Translations under genes and position numbers: made by a program
Part shown: positions 31,159 to 40,114 of the stretch, piece after piece
Layout of the letters: the number at the start of each line of letters is the position of its first letter
Numbering within the stretch: the stretch's first letter is position 1
Notes under the pieces: generated by a model
The model's input: the letters and a program-made list of their open reading frames with translations, nothing else
Databases searched by the model: none
Told to the model about the DNA's origin: nothing
Sequence record: SRR2962707_3481
DNA: 64,000 nt
Reading direction: 5' to 3' (one strand)

Positions 31159-34100
31159 TTATTGGGAAATGGGTTTCACCTTCGACGGACGACTCGAAAT
31201 GACCGTTGGTTCGTCTTCTAAATTCGAATAATTGATTTTTTCCATCCGATTTACCTCCAGACTATAGAAATCGAATTCTTCTACCACTTTTCCAACAAGC
31301 CGATACAGCCCTTTGCCCCGAAAAGGATATTGAGCAGCAGAAGGAGGGAAGTGTACCGTATCAATAAAATTTCCTTCATAATCGATGAATGTCCCAAAAC
31401 ACATCCGCTTTCCATTGGAAGTTCCGGTGTTTTTTATAGTGATCAGATAACCCGCCATTTTTACCGTTTGATTGAGATGGTGTGGGAGATCTCTGGCCAG
31501 AACTCCATAATCTTTTTCATTTGCCAACTCGAAAGGATTACACAATGGAAATCCCAGCAACTCCATTTCATCAAAGGCATCTTCTCGTTTGTCGTGATGC
31601 AGTGGTGGGAGCTCCCATTGCTTCAGTGGCACCTGAAACAACCCGGTTTTAGCCCGACTCACACCTGCACCCAAGGTAAAATGCACCTGCCACAGGATTT
31701 CTTTTTTACTCATTCCGCAAAACCGGAGCGCACCAACGCGCACCAAAAGTTTGACTTGCTCCAGGGAAACATTCATCCGGTTGATGAAATCATCCAGATC
31801 CAGAAACTCGCCATTTCGCATGCGCTCCACGACGATAGATTCGATCACACGCGTGTCCAGCTCCTTTACCATGTGCAGTCCCAGGTAGATGGTCTTGCCG
31901 TAGATGACGGTGAGAACATCGCTGTGGTTTACACAAGGAGCTTCTATTTGTGCACCGTTCATGCGCGCCTCGTGCACATAGAATTCAGTCCGATAAAATC
32001 CCCCACCATTATTGATCACAGCCACCATGTATTCAAGTGGGTAATAGGTTTTTAGATAGAGTGCCTGGTAGCTTTCTACTGCATAGGAAGCGGAATGTCC
32101 CTTTGCAAAGGCATATCCGGCAAAGCTCTCAATCTGCCGCCAGATGTCCGCAGACAATTCGTACGTGTGCCCCTGGTCTCTGCAGTTTTCAAAGAACTTA
32201 TCCCTCACTTTCTGAAACTCGTCCCTCGATCGATATTTTCCTGACATCCCCCTGCGAAGCATGTCTGCCTCCCCCAGGTCCAGTTTAGCAAAAAGGTGGG
32301 CGACCTTGATCACGTCCTCCTGGTAGACCATCACGCCATACGTATCCGGCATGATCTCCTGTAGCACCGGATGCGCATCTTTTCGTCGTTCGGGGTGTCG
32401 GTAGCGAAGAATGTACTCCCGCATCATCCCTGACTTAGCCACCCCCGGACGGATAATCGAGCTGGCAGCAACCAGCCCAAGGTATTCATCTACCTGCAGC
32501 TTTTTCATGAGCATGCGCATGGCCGGCGATTCAATATAGAAGCAGCCGATGGCATCAGCATTTTTCAGCTTGTTGTTCAGCTTTGGATCCTCTTTGAAGG
32601 ACTTAAAGTTGTGAATATCAATCTCCGGCTCGTCCGGACAATTTTGGCGAACCACATCCAGTGAATCCCTGATCTTGCTGAGCCCTCGCTGGCTTAGGAT
32701 ATCGAACTTGAACAGCCCCACATCTTCCGCAATGATCATGTCGAAATGGGTGACAGGGTAGCCTTTTGGTGGAAGCGAAGTGGCAGTGAAGTAGTGGATG
32801 GGACGATCGGAAATGAGCACCCCGCCCGCATGGATGCTGAGGTGACTGGGGAAGTCAATGAGCCGATCGCCATACCTGCGGATGAGTCTCCCGATGTGAT
32901 CCAGGTCGTTGTATTCCGTTTGCGCCACCTTTTCAATCTCATAAGGAGGCAAGCCAAACACCTTCCCTAACTCCCGAATGATGGCTCGTTGCTGAAAGGT
33001 GCTGTAAGTAGCCAACAGGGATACTTGTCCGTCTTTGCCGAAACGTTCGAAAATGTAGCGGGTGATGTCGTCCCGGTCTTTCCAGGAAAAATCAATATCA
33101 AAATCCGGAGGATTCTGACGAAAGAGGTTGATGAATCGCTCGAAGTAAAGATCCAGCTCGATGGGGTCCACATCCGTAATCCGGAGGAGGTAAGCAACAA
33201 CGCTATTTGCACCACTGCCCCTGCCGACATAATAGTAGCCTTGCTGGCGGGCGTATTCCAGGATGTCCCAATTGACCAGGAAGTAAGAGACAAACCCTTT
33301 TGATTTGATCATATCCAGCTCCATTTTCAGTCGGTCGAGGATCTTTTGATCGGGATTTTCTCCGTAGCGGTAGGGCAGGCCTTCCTCACAAAGGCGGGTG
33401 ATCATGGCCATGTCTTCTTCTTCGGAGTTTGAGTACACCTTCAGATTCTGGTGATGCTCCGGATCGTTGAAAGTGAATTGAATCTCACACTGTTCCAGCA
33501 GGGTTTTGGTGTTGACAATGATTTGCGGATAGTCTTTATAAAACTCAAAAAGCTGACCGATAGGGTGCATCACATCAGTCGGTTGTCCTTCTTCATTTTT
33601 GGGCAGCTTACTCAGCAACGTATTTTTATCAATGGCCCGAAGGAGCCTATGCATGTTGAAATCGATCTTATTGGCTTCTCCTGATCGAAAAGAGACTACT
33701 TGCAGAATCACCAGTTTATCCAGTCTTTTTACCCAAGGGGTCATCGGTAGCTTGATCATGTCTGAGGGCCGAATGCCCAGGAATTCATTTTCCTTTAATT
33801 CCCGGTCAAAAGCGAATTCGAAAGGATAGACGATGAAGGCGTGCTTCAGGTCAGGTGCCTGATCCGGAAAATCTGTCTCATCATGCAGGTGCAGAGAAAG
33901 GTATCGGTTCAGCTCAAAGAACCCTTCGTTGTTTCTGGCGATTCCAATAAACTTTTGATCTACTCCATTCCTAAAATCGATCCCTACCACCGGATTGATG
34001 TCGTATTTTGGAGCCAGTCGGATGAAGTTCAAACAGCCTGACGTGGAGTTAATATCCGTTAGGGCGAGTTCCTTCACGCCATTCTCCCGGGCAGTTTCCA

Positions 34101-34164
34101 GCAATTCTTCTTCGGAGTGTGTGCCGTATTTGAAGCTGTAGTAAGTGTGCGTGTTGAGGTACAT
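31159..34164 (-). CDS. dnaE2: Error-prone DNA polymerase III alpha subunit homologue
   Basis: PHP domain (HTYYS, ALTD), GRGSGANS, catalytic PDFDIDF, SIHAGG, GYAFAKGHS; 1001 aa, lacks the long DnaE1 C-terminus; coupled to dinB. Confidence 0.9.
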   Translation of the reverse strand: MYLNTHTYYSFKYGTHSEEELLETARENGVKELALTDINSTSGCLNFIRLAPKYDINPVVGIDFRNGVDQKFIGIARNNEGFFELNRYLSLHLHDETDFPDQAPDLKHAFIVYPFEFAFDRELKENEFLGIRPSDMIKLPMTPWVKRLDKLVILQVVSFRSGEANKIDFNMHRLLRAIDKNTLLSKLPKNEEGQPTDVMHPIGQLFEFYKDYPQIIVNTKTLLEQCEIQFTFNDPEHHQNLKVYSNSEEEDMAMITRLCEEGLPYRYGENPDQKILDRLKMELDMIKSKGFVSYFLVNWDILEYARQQGYYYVGRGSGANSVVAYLLRITDVDPIELDLYFERFINLFRQNPPDFDIDFSWKDRDDITRYIFERFGKDGQVSLLATYSTFQQRAIIRELGKVFGLPPYEIEKVAQTEYNDLDHIGRLIRRYGDRLIDFPSHLSIHAGGVLISDRPIHYFTATSLPPKGYPVTHFDMIIAEDVGLFKFDILSQRGLSKIRDSLDVVRQNCPDEPEIDIHNFKSFKEDPKLNNKLKNADAIGCFYIESPAMRMLMKKLQVDEYLGLVAASSIIRPGVAKSGMMREYILRYRHPERRKDAHPVLQEIMPDTYGVMVYQEDVIKVAHLFAKLDLGEADMLRRGMSGKYRSRDEFQKVRDKFFENCRDQGHTYELSADIWRQIESFAGYAFAKGHSASYAVESYQALYLKTYYPLEYMVAVINNGGGFYRTEFYVHEARMNGAQIEAPCVNHSDVLTVIYGKTIYLGLHMVKELDTRVIESIVVERMRNGEFLDLDDFINRMNVSLEQVKLLVRVGALRFCGMSKKEILWQVHFTLGAGVSRAKTGLFQVPLKQWELPPLHHDKREDAFDEMELLGFPLCNPFELANEKDYGVLARDLPHHLNQTVKMAGYLITIKNTGTSNGKRMCFGTFIDYEGNFIDTVHFPPSAAQYPFRGKGLYRLVGKVVEEFDFYSLEVNRMEKINYSNLEDEPTVISSRPSKVKPISQ

Positions 34165-34166
34165 CG

Positions 34167-35369
34167 TTAGGCCACTTTTGACACCCGCAAGTCCCCTTTG
34201 AAAGGGTTGAAAGTACGCATCGCATTCACACCCAAAGCCTTTGCCCGTAAAATGGATCGGTCACCATGCTTGTGCCGAATGTGATCCATCGCCTGGTAGA
34301 GATTGATGATCTCACCCGTGTCTTCAAACAAGTTGATCTGGTAGTTACCGTGCACCAGACTGCTGAAACGAACGCCTACGAGTCGTACCAGCAATCGTTT
34401 GTCGTACAGCTTGTCAAACAGCTCTGACACTTTGGGGATCAGGATGTGATCTGCCGAGGTGTAAGGAATTCTGATCTGCTGAGTGTAAGTGTTGAAATCG
34501 GAGTATCGAATTTTCACAGCCACACAAGCAGTCAATTTGTTTTCATCCCTCAACTGATAAGCGAGGTGCTCGGTCATCGCCAGGATGATGGTTTTCAGCC
34601 GGTTGATGTCTGTCGTATCCTTGTTGAATGTCTGCTCGGTAGAGATCGATTTTCGATCGGAATAGGGAATCACAGGTGAGTGGTCAATTCCGTTGGCCTT
34701 TTCCCACATTACTGCGCCATTCTTCCCAAAGATCTGCACCAACATGTCTTTAGGCATTTCCTGTAGTGTGTGCACTTTCCTTACACCCAACCCTCTCAGT
34801 GTCTGATAGGTTTTGTCGCCGATCATGGGGATCTTCTGCACGGAAAGTGGGGCGAGAAAAGGTTTTTCTGTACCTGACTTGATCCAGATTTTGTTATTAG
34901 GCTTGGCTTCACCGGTGGCCACCTTTGAAACCGTTTTGTTAATGGAAAGACCGAATGAGATGGGAAGTTTGGTCTCTTTGATCACTCTGTCCCGGAGTTC
35001 ACTGGCCATTTTAAAACAGCCAAAAAAACGATCCATCCCGGTCAGATCGGCATAAAACTCATCGATAGAGGTTTTTTCAAATACGGGAACGTCCTCCTTG
35101 ATGATCTCCGACACTTCCATGGAAAATTTGGTATAGTCCGCATGGCTTCCTTTGATCACAATTGCTTCCGGGCATAGCTGCATAGCCAGTTTCATGGGCA
35201 TGGCCGAGTGAATGCCGAACTTTCGTGCTTCATAGCTGCATGCTGCTACCACACCCCGGTCAGCAGACCCGCCGATCAAGATGGGTTTTCCATTGAGCCG
35301 ACTGTCCCTGAGGCGCTCTACAGACACGAAAAAAGTGTCCAGGTCCATGTGTAAAATGAAGGAATTCAT
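34167..35369 (-). CDS. dinB: Y-family DNA polymerase IV
   Basis: HMDLDTFFVSVE, CSYEAR, SIDE catalytic motifs intact; clamp motif QINLF. Confidence 0.93.
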   Translation of the reverse strand: MNSFILHMDLDTFFVSVERLRDSRLNGKPILIGGSADRGVVAACSYEARKFGIHSAMPMKLAMQLCPEAIVIKGSHADYTKFSMEVSEIIKEDVPVFEKTSIDEFYADLTGMDRFFGCFKMASELRDRVIKETKLPISFGLSINKTVSKVATGEAKPNNKIWIKSGTEKPFLAPLSVQKIPMIGDKTYQTLRGLGVRKVHTLQEMPKDMLVQIFGKNGAVMWEKANGIDHSPVIPYSDRKSISTEQTFNKDTTDINRLKTIILAMTEHLAYQLRDENKLTACVAVKIRYSDFNTYTQQIRIPYTSADHILIPKVSELFDKLYDKRLLVRLVGVRFSSLVHGNYQINLFEDTGEIINLYQAMDHIRHKHGDRSILRAKALGVNAMRTFNPFKGDLRVSKVA

Positions 35370-35378
35370 GCAAGGATA

Positions 35379-35403
35379 AAATTACTAATATTTTTAGTAA
35401 TTT
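35379..35403. promoter_or_regulatory. SOS box (CTAA-N5-TTAG type) at the dinB promoter
   Basis: AAATTACTAA-TATTT-TTAGTAATTT, perfect 10-bp arms, 9 nt upstream of the dinB ATG. Confidence 0.75.
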
Positions 35404-35638
35404 AAGGAAATGATCGAGTGATTTTCTTTTTTAAACCGGATTTTTGATTCCTTTATGAAAAAGAGAAAGAAGTGGCGATTTTTCGCGGATTAATCGAAAA
35501 AAGGACTGTTTTCATCCCTTTTGTATAAAATCTCATACCTGAGGTGTAATTCGCACAACAATCTTGTTGTATTTTTGGTAAACTCTGATCTTAAACCACC
35601 TTAATGTTCTAATACAGTTCACGACCTAATAATTAAGA

Positions 35639-37555
35639 TTGAGAAGACTCTATTTTTTACTACTCCTTATAAGCACATGCTTCGCTGTGTTCGCTCAGAA
35701 CAGTACGCAGAAGCAGATGGCTGATCATACTTTCTCTTTTGCGAAAGGTATCAAATGGCCTGGCGAGAAGATCGATTACAACATCCGGGTGATTACCCAG
35801 GATCGAACGCTTAGTGCAGAATTTGATAACCTGTCCAAAACGAGAAAAATTCAAGGAAAGCCCGTCAATGTGACGACCAGCAGCTATGTTTCTATCCCTG
35901 AGAAGGTGGATATTTTGGTAGTCTCAAGCCAGTACAATGGGGCATTGCAATCCATTATCGACAGGTTGGCCGGGAAACCTGTCTTGATTGTTACTGATCA
36001 GTCACCGGATCATTTGTATGTCATGGTCAACTTCATCACAAGTGGGTCCAATGTGGGTTTTGAGTTTAACCGAGCAAACATCATCAATCAGGGTCTGACG
36101 CTAAACGCTGATTTCAATGTATTGGGTGGCCGTGAAATCGATGTGGCCAAACTTTATCAGCAGGTGAGAGATTCGTCAAGGTCGATGGAGCGTAGATCCA
36201 AAGCAGTAGAGCAACGAATCGACTCCCTGAATCTTCAGACTGCTGTAGCAATGCGTATTGCCAGCAACCAGATGCGCACCATCCAGGAGCAAAATGCTGA
36301 AATCGAGCGCGGGCAACAGGAATTGGCCAAGCAAAGTGCTACACTGGATAGCCTGGTTACGGAATTTGCCAACTCTCAAAGAAGACTGGATAGCCTGACT
36401 GCTGTACTTAAGGAAAGGGAGCAAGATTTGATCATTTTGGGAGATGAGATCACATCACAGCAAGCCATGGTGGCAGAAGGAAATGAAACGCTGGAGGAGC
36501 AAGCCAAGCTAATTAAGCAGCGAGACGAAGAAATTGCCCAACGCGAATCAAAGCTCCAACAGATGGTTACTGTTGTGGATACACAGCAGGATACCTTGAT
36601 TCTATTGATCCTGTTTTCTGTGTTCCTCGTAGTTGTACTGGTATTTGCTTATCGTGCGTATCAGGCAAGAAGAAGAGATGCTAAAAAATTGAACCAACAG
36701 AAGGAAGAGTTGAAAGATTTGTTGGATGAACTGCAATCCACGCAGACACAGTTGGTACAATCAGAGAAGATGGCTTCCCTTGGGGTACTTACAGCTGGAA
36801 TTGCCCATGAGATCAACAATGCAATCAATTATGTGTATTCAGGGATACATGTACTGGATAGCAAGTTCACGGATATGAAGCCGGTCATCAATGGTCTTAG
36901 AGATTTGGATGGGAAAGATGATAACCTGAAATCAAAGGTGCAGGAGATCATTGACAAGAAGAAGGAAATTGAATATGACGAGTCTGAAGCCGTCATGGAT
37001 ACCATGATCAAGAGTATCAGGGTAGGTGCAGAGCGTACTACTGAAATTGTGAAGGGTCTGAGAACTTTCTCCAGATCTGAAGATGAGGTCATGCAGGAAA
37101 TTGACCTGCACCAGGACGTAGATGTTGCATTATTGCTACTTCAGAACAGGCTGAAAAATAACGTGACGATTGAAAGACTGCTTGCGGACGATCTTCCTCC
37201 GGTCTTTGGCTATCCCGGTCAGATGGGGCAGGCGTTGCTTAATATTATCAGTAATGCCGTTGATGCCGTAGGGGACAAGGAGAAAGCAAGGATTAAAATA
37301 GAAACTTCTTTTGTGAAGGACCATATAGTCATTGCCATCAGGGACAATGGTACCGGAATTAGGCCAGAAGATGTAGACAAAATATTCGACCCATTCTTTA
37401 CAACCAAGAAAATTGGTGAGGGAACGGGCTTGGGACTTTCAATAACCTATGGTATTATTGAAAAACATAATGGTAGCATTGATGTGAAGTCTATACCGGA
37501 TAAGGGTACAGAATTCAAAATTAAGTTACCTTTAAACCATCAACCGCTTAACTAA
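35639..37555 (+). CDS. YfiR/HmsC(DUF4154)-like domain + coiled-coil stalk + TM sensor histidine kinase (paralogue 1)
   Basis: Signal peptide; FAKGIKWP...PVLIVTD...MVNF...FEFNRANI; heptad-rich segment at about residues 167-318; single [11 protein letters not shown]-box; GTGLGL. Confidence 0.85.
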   Translation: MRRLYFLLLLISTCFAVFAQNSTQKQMADHTFSFAKGIKWPGEKIDYNIRVITQDRTLSAEFDNLSKTRKIQGKPVNVTTSSYVSIPEKVDILVVSSQYNGALQSIIDRLAGKPVLIVTDQSPDHLYVMVNFITSGSNVGFEFNRANIINQGLTLNADFNVLGGREIDVAKLYQQVRDSSRSMERRSKAVEQRIDSLNLQTAVAMRIASNQMRTIQEQNAEIERGQQELAKQSATLDSLVTEFANSQRRLDSLTAVLKEREQDLIILGDEITSQQAMVAEGNETLEEQAKLIKQRDEEIAQRESKLQQMVTVVDTQQDTLILLILFSVFLVVVLVFAYRAYQARRRDAKKLNQQKEELKDLLDELQSTQTQLVQSEKMASLGVLTAGIAHEINNAINYVYSGIHVLDSKFTDMKPVINGLRDLDGKDDNLKSKVQEIIDKKKEIEYDESEAVMDTMIKSIRVGAERTTEIVKGLRTFSRSEDEVMQEIDLHQDVDVALLLLQNRLKNNVTIERLLADDLPPVFGYPGQMGQALLNIISNAVDAVGDKEKARIKIETSFVKDHIVIAIRDNGTGIRPEDVDKIFDPFFTTKKIGEGTGLGLSITYGIIEKHNGSIDVKSIPDKGTEFKIKLPLNHQPLN

Positions 37556-37923
37556 TGAGTTCAGAAAGACTGTCATTGATATATCTTGATGATGAGGAGA
37601 TCAATCTTATCTTATTCAAAGAAATGTTTAAGAAAGACTTTGATATTTTCACAACCACGTCTCCACATGAAGCGATCGACTATGTAAGTCGAAATGAGAT
37701 AGATTTTGTCCTAACCGATCAATTGATGCCGGTGATGACAGGAGTGGAATTCTTGAAAGAGCTGGACGGCATTCAGGTACCTTCTAATCCAAAGCGCATC
37801 ATTATTTCCGGATATACCAAAGAGGGCGAGGTAAATGAAGCCCTTGAAAAGAAATTGATCGATCGGTTTGTAAGCAAACCATGGAGCTATGACAAGCTTA
37901 AGGATTTGCTTTTGACGATTTAA
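37555..37923 (+). CDS. Stand-alone response regulator receiver
   Basis: YLDDE, LTDQLMPVMTG, IISGY, SKPW; TAATG-coupled to the kinase. Confidence 0.92.
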   Translation: MSSERLSLIYLDDEEINLILFKEMFKKDFDIFTTTSPHEAIDYVSRNEIDFVLTDQLMPVMTGVEFLKELDGIQVPSNPKRIIISGYTKEGEVNEALEKKLIDRFVSKPWSYDKLKDLLLTI

Positions 37924-37948
37924 TCGCCATTCCATATAAGAAATTGAG

Positions 37949-37978
37949 AAGCCATTATTTAATCGATAATGGCTTTTT
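37949..37978 (+). terminator. Intrinsic terminator
   Basis: AAGCCATTAT / ATAATGGCTT stem followed by T residues. Confidence 0.7.
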
Positions 37979-38105
37979 CATGTCAATCTTTTTTTGGTGA
38001 CTTCAATAAGGCTTAAATTTATTAAATACCAATTAACGATTTATGGGAAGGAGTTGGTAGAGGAGGACCCCATAAATGGTTGATGAACCAAGCTAAACCT
38101 ATAAG

Positions 38106-39392
38106 ATGCCATCATTTAACCTGGTTGAACTAACCCCTCAGGCACTGCAAGCATTTCGACATCAGACGGATAGAGTTGCTGATGAAACCGTAAGCAAAAT
38201 CCTTTCCTCCGGTGAGGAAAAGCAAATCAACAACGTCATGATGTTGATGCTACAGAATGACTCCTTTCATAAAGGAATGTTTGATTCACTTGGTACTGAA
38301 ATCGCATCCATATTAGATCAGTACATCGAAGCAACCAGCAGTTTGCCTACCTGGGCGGATCCGAGCAAGATAAAATCCGGTGAAAAACTTTTTTCACTTT
38401 ATGGACCAGAAGTATTTATGCTGCTCAATGTCAGCTCACTGCCATTGTGTTATACCTGTGCAAAAGGCGCTCAGGTGCTTTATGATACAGGCCGTTTGCT
38501 GGTGCATAACAACGATATTGATCCATTGGCTCGACGGCTTATGGAGACGGCTCAGATGGTGGTAAATGTGCTGTCAGAGGGAGGATTGTCTGGCAATGGA
38601 AAAGGTGTAGTAACCCTGCAGAAAGTACGATTGATTCATGCATCCATCCGCCATTACCTGAAAGAAGGCCAGTATGGCGGCAAGAAATGGGATGTAAGCG
38701 AGTTTGGTGAGCCTATTAATCAGGAAGATCTGGCGGGAACATTGATGTCCTTTGGGCCGGTTATTTTGTCTGGCTTGAGACGGCTGAATATTGGATTGTC
38801 TGATAAGCAAGAATCCGATTACATGCATTGCTGGAAAGTAGTTGGTTATCTGATGGGTATTGATGAAAAATTGCTACCTGACACCTATCATGAAGGATTT
38901 GATTTGGCTACAGCCATCTTAAAAGATCAGTCATCTCAATCGGAAGCTGGGGTAGCATTAACAGATGCTTGCGTCCAGTTTATGAACTACCTCACCCCTG
39001 GAAATGCCCTGAGCAATGTTCCGAGCTTTATGATTCATTACTTTCTGGAAGATTTTACCCAATCCTCCGGAATCAACCTGGCAGAATGCATAGGGGTAGC
39101 TGACAGGTCGACCAAAAAGGAGCAAATCATGCTAAGTTTATCAAAAATTCTACTTGGCGGCCTTAGCTATCTGGAGGAACACAAGTTTGTACAAAGAATA
39201 GCATCTTATTTTAATAGAAAACTGCTGGAAGGCATTATTCACCACTTCAATCACGGGAAAAAAGTTCAGTTTTTTATTCCTCCGTCACTGCAAAAAGACT
39301 GGGGTCTAAAAGACGAATGGAAAGATAACCTGGTGAGTCCGGGTATCTTTGGACACAGGCTGGCTTTGCAAAAAAGGAGCGAAATGATTTAA
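38106..39392 (+). CDS. MpaB/Lcp-like (DUF2236) heme oxygenase family protein
   Basis: LPTWAD, SLPLCY, RRLMET, VRLIHASIR, PINQEDLAGTL, WKVVGYLMGI. Confidence 0.85.
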   Translation: MPSFNLVELTPQALQAFRHQTDRVADETVSKILSSGEEKQINNVMMLMLQNDSFHKGMFDSLGTEIASILDQYIEATSSLPTWADPSKIKSGEKLFSLYGPEVFMLLNVSSLPLCYTCAKGAQVLYDTGRLLVHNNDIDPLARRLMETAQMVVNVLSEGGLSGNGKGVVTLQKVRLIHASIRHYLKEGQYGGKKWDVSEFGEPINQEDLAGTLMSFGPVILSGLRRLNIGLSDKQESDYMHCWKVVGYLMGIDEKLLPDTYHEGFDLATAILKDQSSQSEAGVALTDACVQFMNYLTPGNALSNVPSFMIHYFLEDFTQSSGINLAECIGVADRSTKKEQIMLSLSKILLGGLSYLEEHKFVQRIASYFNRKLLEGIIHHFNHGKKVQFFIPPSLQKDWGLKDEWKDNLVSPGIFGHRLALQKRSEMI

Positions 39393-39426
39393 CCCATGAC
39401 TCAACCACAGATTAACAACCTTACCC

Positions 39427-40104
39427 ATGGAACCTACAACCTTACCCGGTCTTGATAAGAAGACTACCATAACAATTCTGACCACATCAGGCCTATTGAT
39501 TGCCTGGTCTTATGTGAGCTCTGTGACACAATCCGGTCCTGTCACAGCAAGTATTATCACGTATGCCTTGTATCTCTTTTATTGGTTTTATGCCATTTAC
39601 TTCAAAAACCCCCTCATTCAGCGATTGGTGGTTTTTGGTACCATTGCAGGGATTTTGGAATTGGTGACTGATCATTACCTCGTTAGCACCATTGATAGCC
39701 TTGTCTACCCGGGCAATGAGCCCATGATATGGAGTTCACCACTCTACATGCCTTTTGCATGGTCAAACGTACTGTTGCAACTGAGCTTTGTAGGAGTACT
39801 TCTATTGAAAAGAAAAGGCCTGATTATAGCCTCAATTGTACTATGCATTGCGGGTGGTATGTATATCCCACTCTACGAACACCTGGCTAACAGCGCCGGA
39901 TGGTGGTGGTATCACACCAATGTACGGATGGTGTTCAATGCACCTCTCTATGTGATTGTGTGCGAAGCATTGATTTCACTTTCACTGCCGTTTTTGGTGT
40001 CATACTCTGAGCACAATAAGTTTAATAGAACAGTGTATTTGGGTGTAATTGAAGGTGCATGGATCTTAGTGAGCGCCATCATTGCTTACAACATTGCTCA
40101 ATAA
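39427..40104 (+). CDS. Polytopic membrane protein, CruF/lycopene-cyclase-like repeat pattern
   Basis: About 7 TM helices; two similar halves (ELVTD..LVYP..SPLYMP / EHLA..WWWY..APLYVI). Confidence 0.6.
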   Translation: MEPTTLPGLDKKTTITILTTSGLLIAWSYVSSVTQSGPVTASIITYALYLFYWFYAIYFKNPLIQRLVVFGTIAGILELVTDHYLVSTIDSLVYPGNEPMIWSSPLYMPFAWSNVLLQLSFVGVLLLKRKGLIIASIVLCIAGGMYIPLYEHLANSAGWWWYHTNVRMVFNAPLYVIVCEALISLSLPFLVSYSEHNKFNRTVYLGVIEGAWILVSAIIAYNIAQ

Positions 40105-40114
40105 TCTATCTGTT

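Noticed and set aside
31330-32055. 241-aa plus-strand ORF
   Set aside because: Entirely antisense to dnaE2, with no recognisable motifs.
31159-34164. Replicative dnaE
   Set aside because: Shorter C-terminus, operon with dinB and an SOS box all indicate DnaE2.
38106-39392. True latex-clearing protein (lcp)
   Set aside because: No Tat/Sec signal and apparent absence of the catalytic Glu; only a family-level call is supported.
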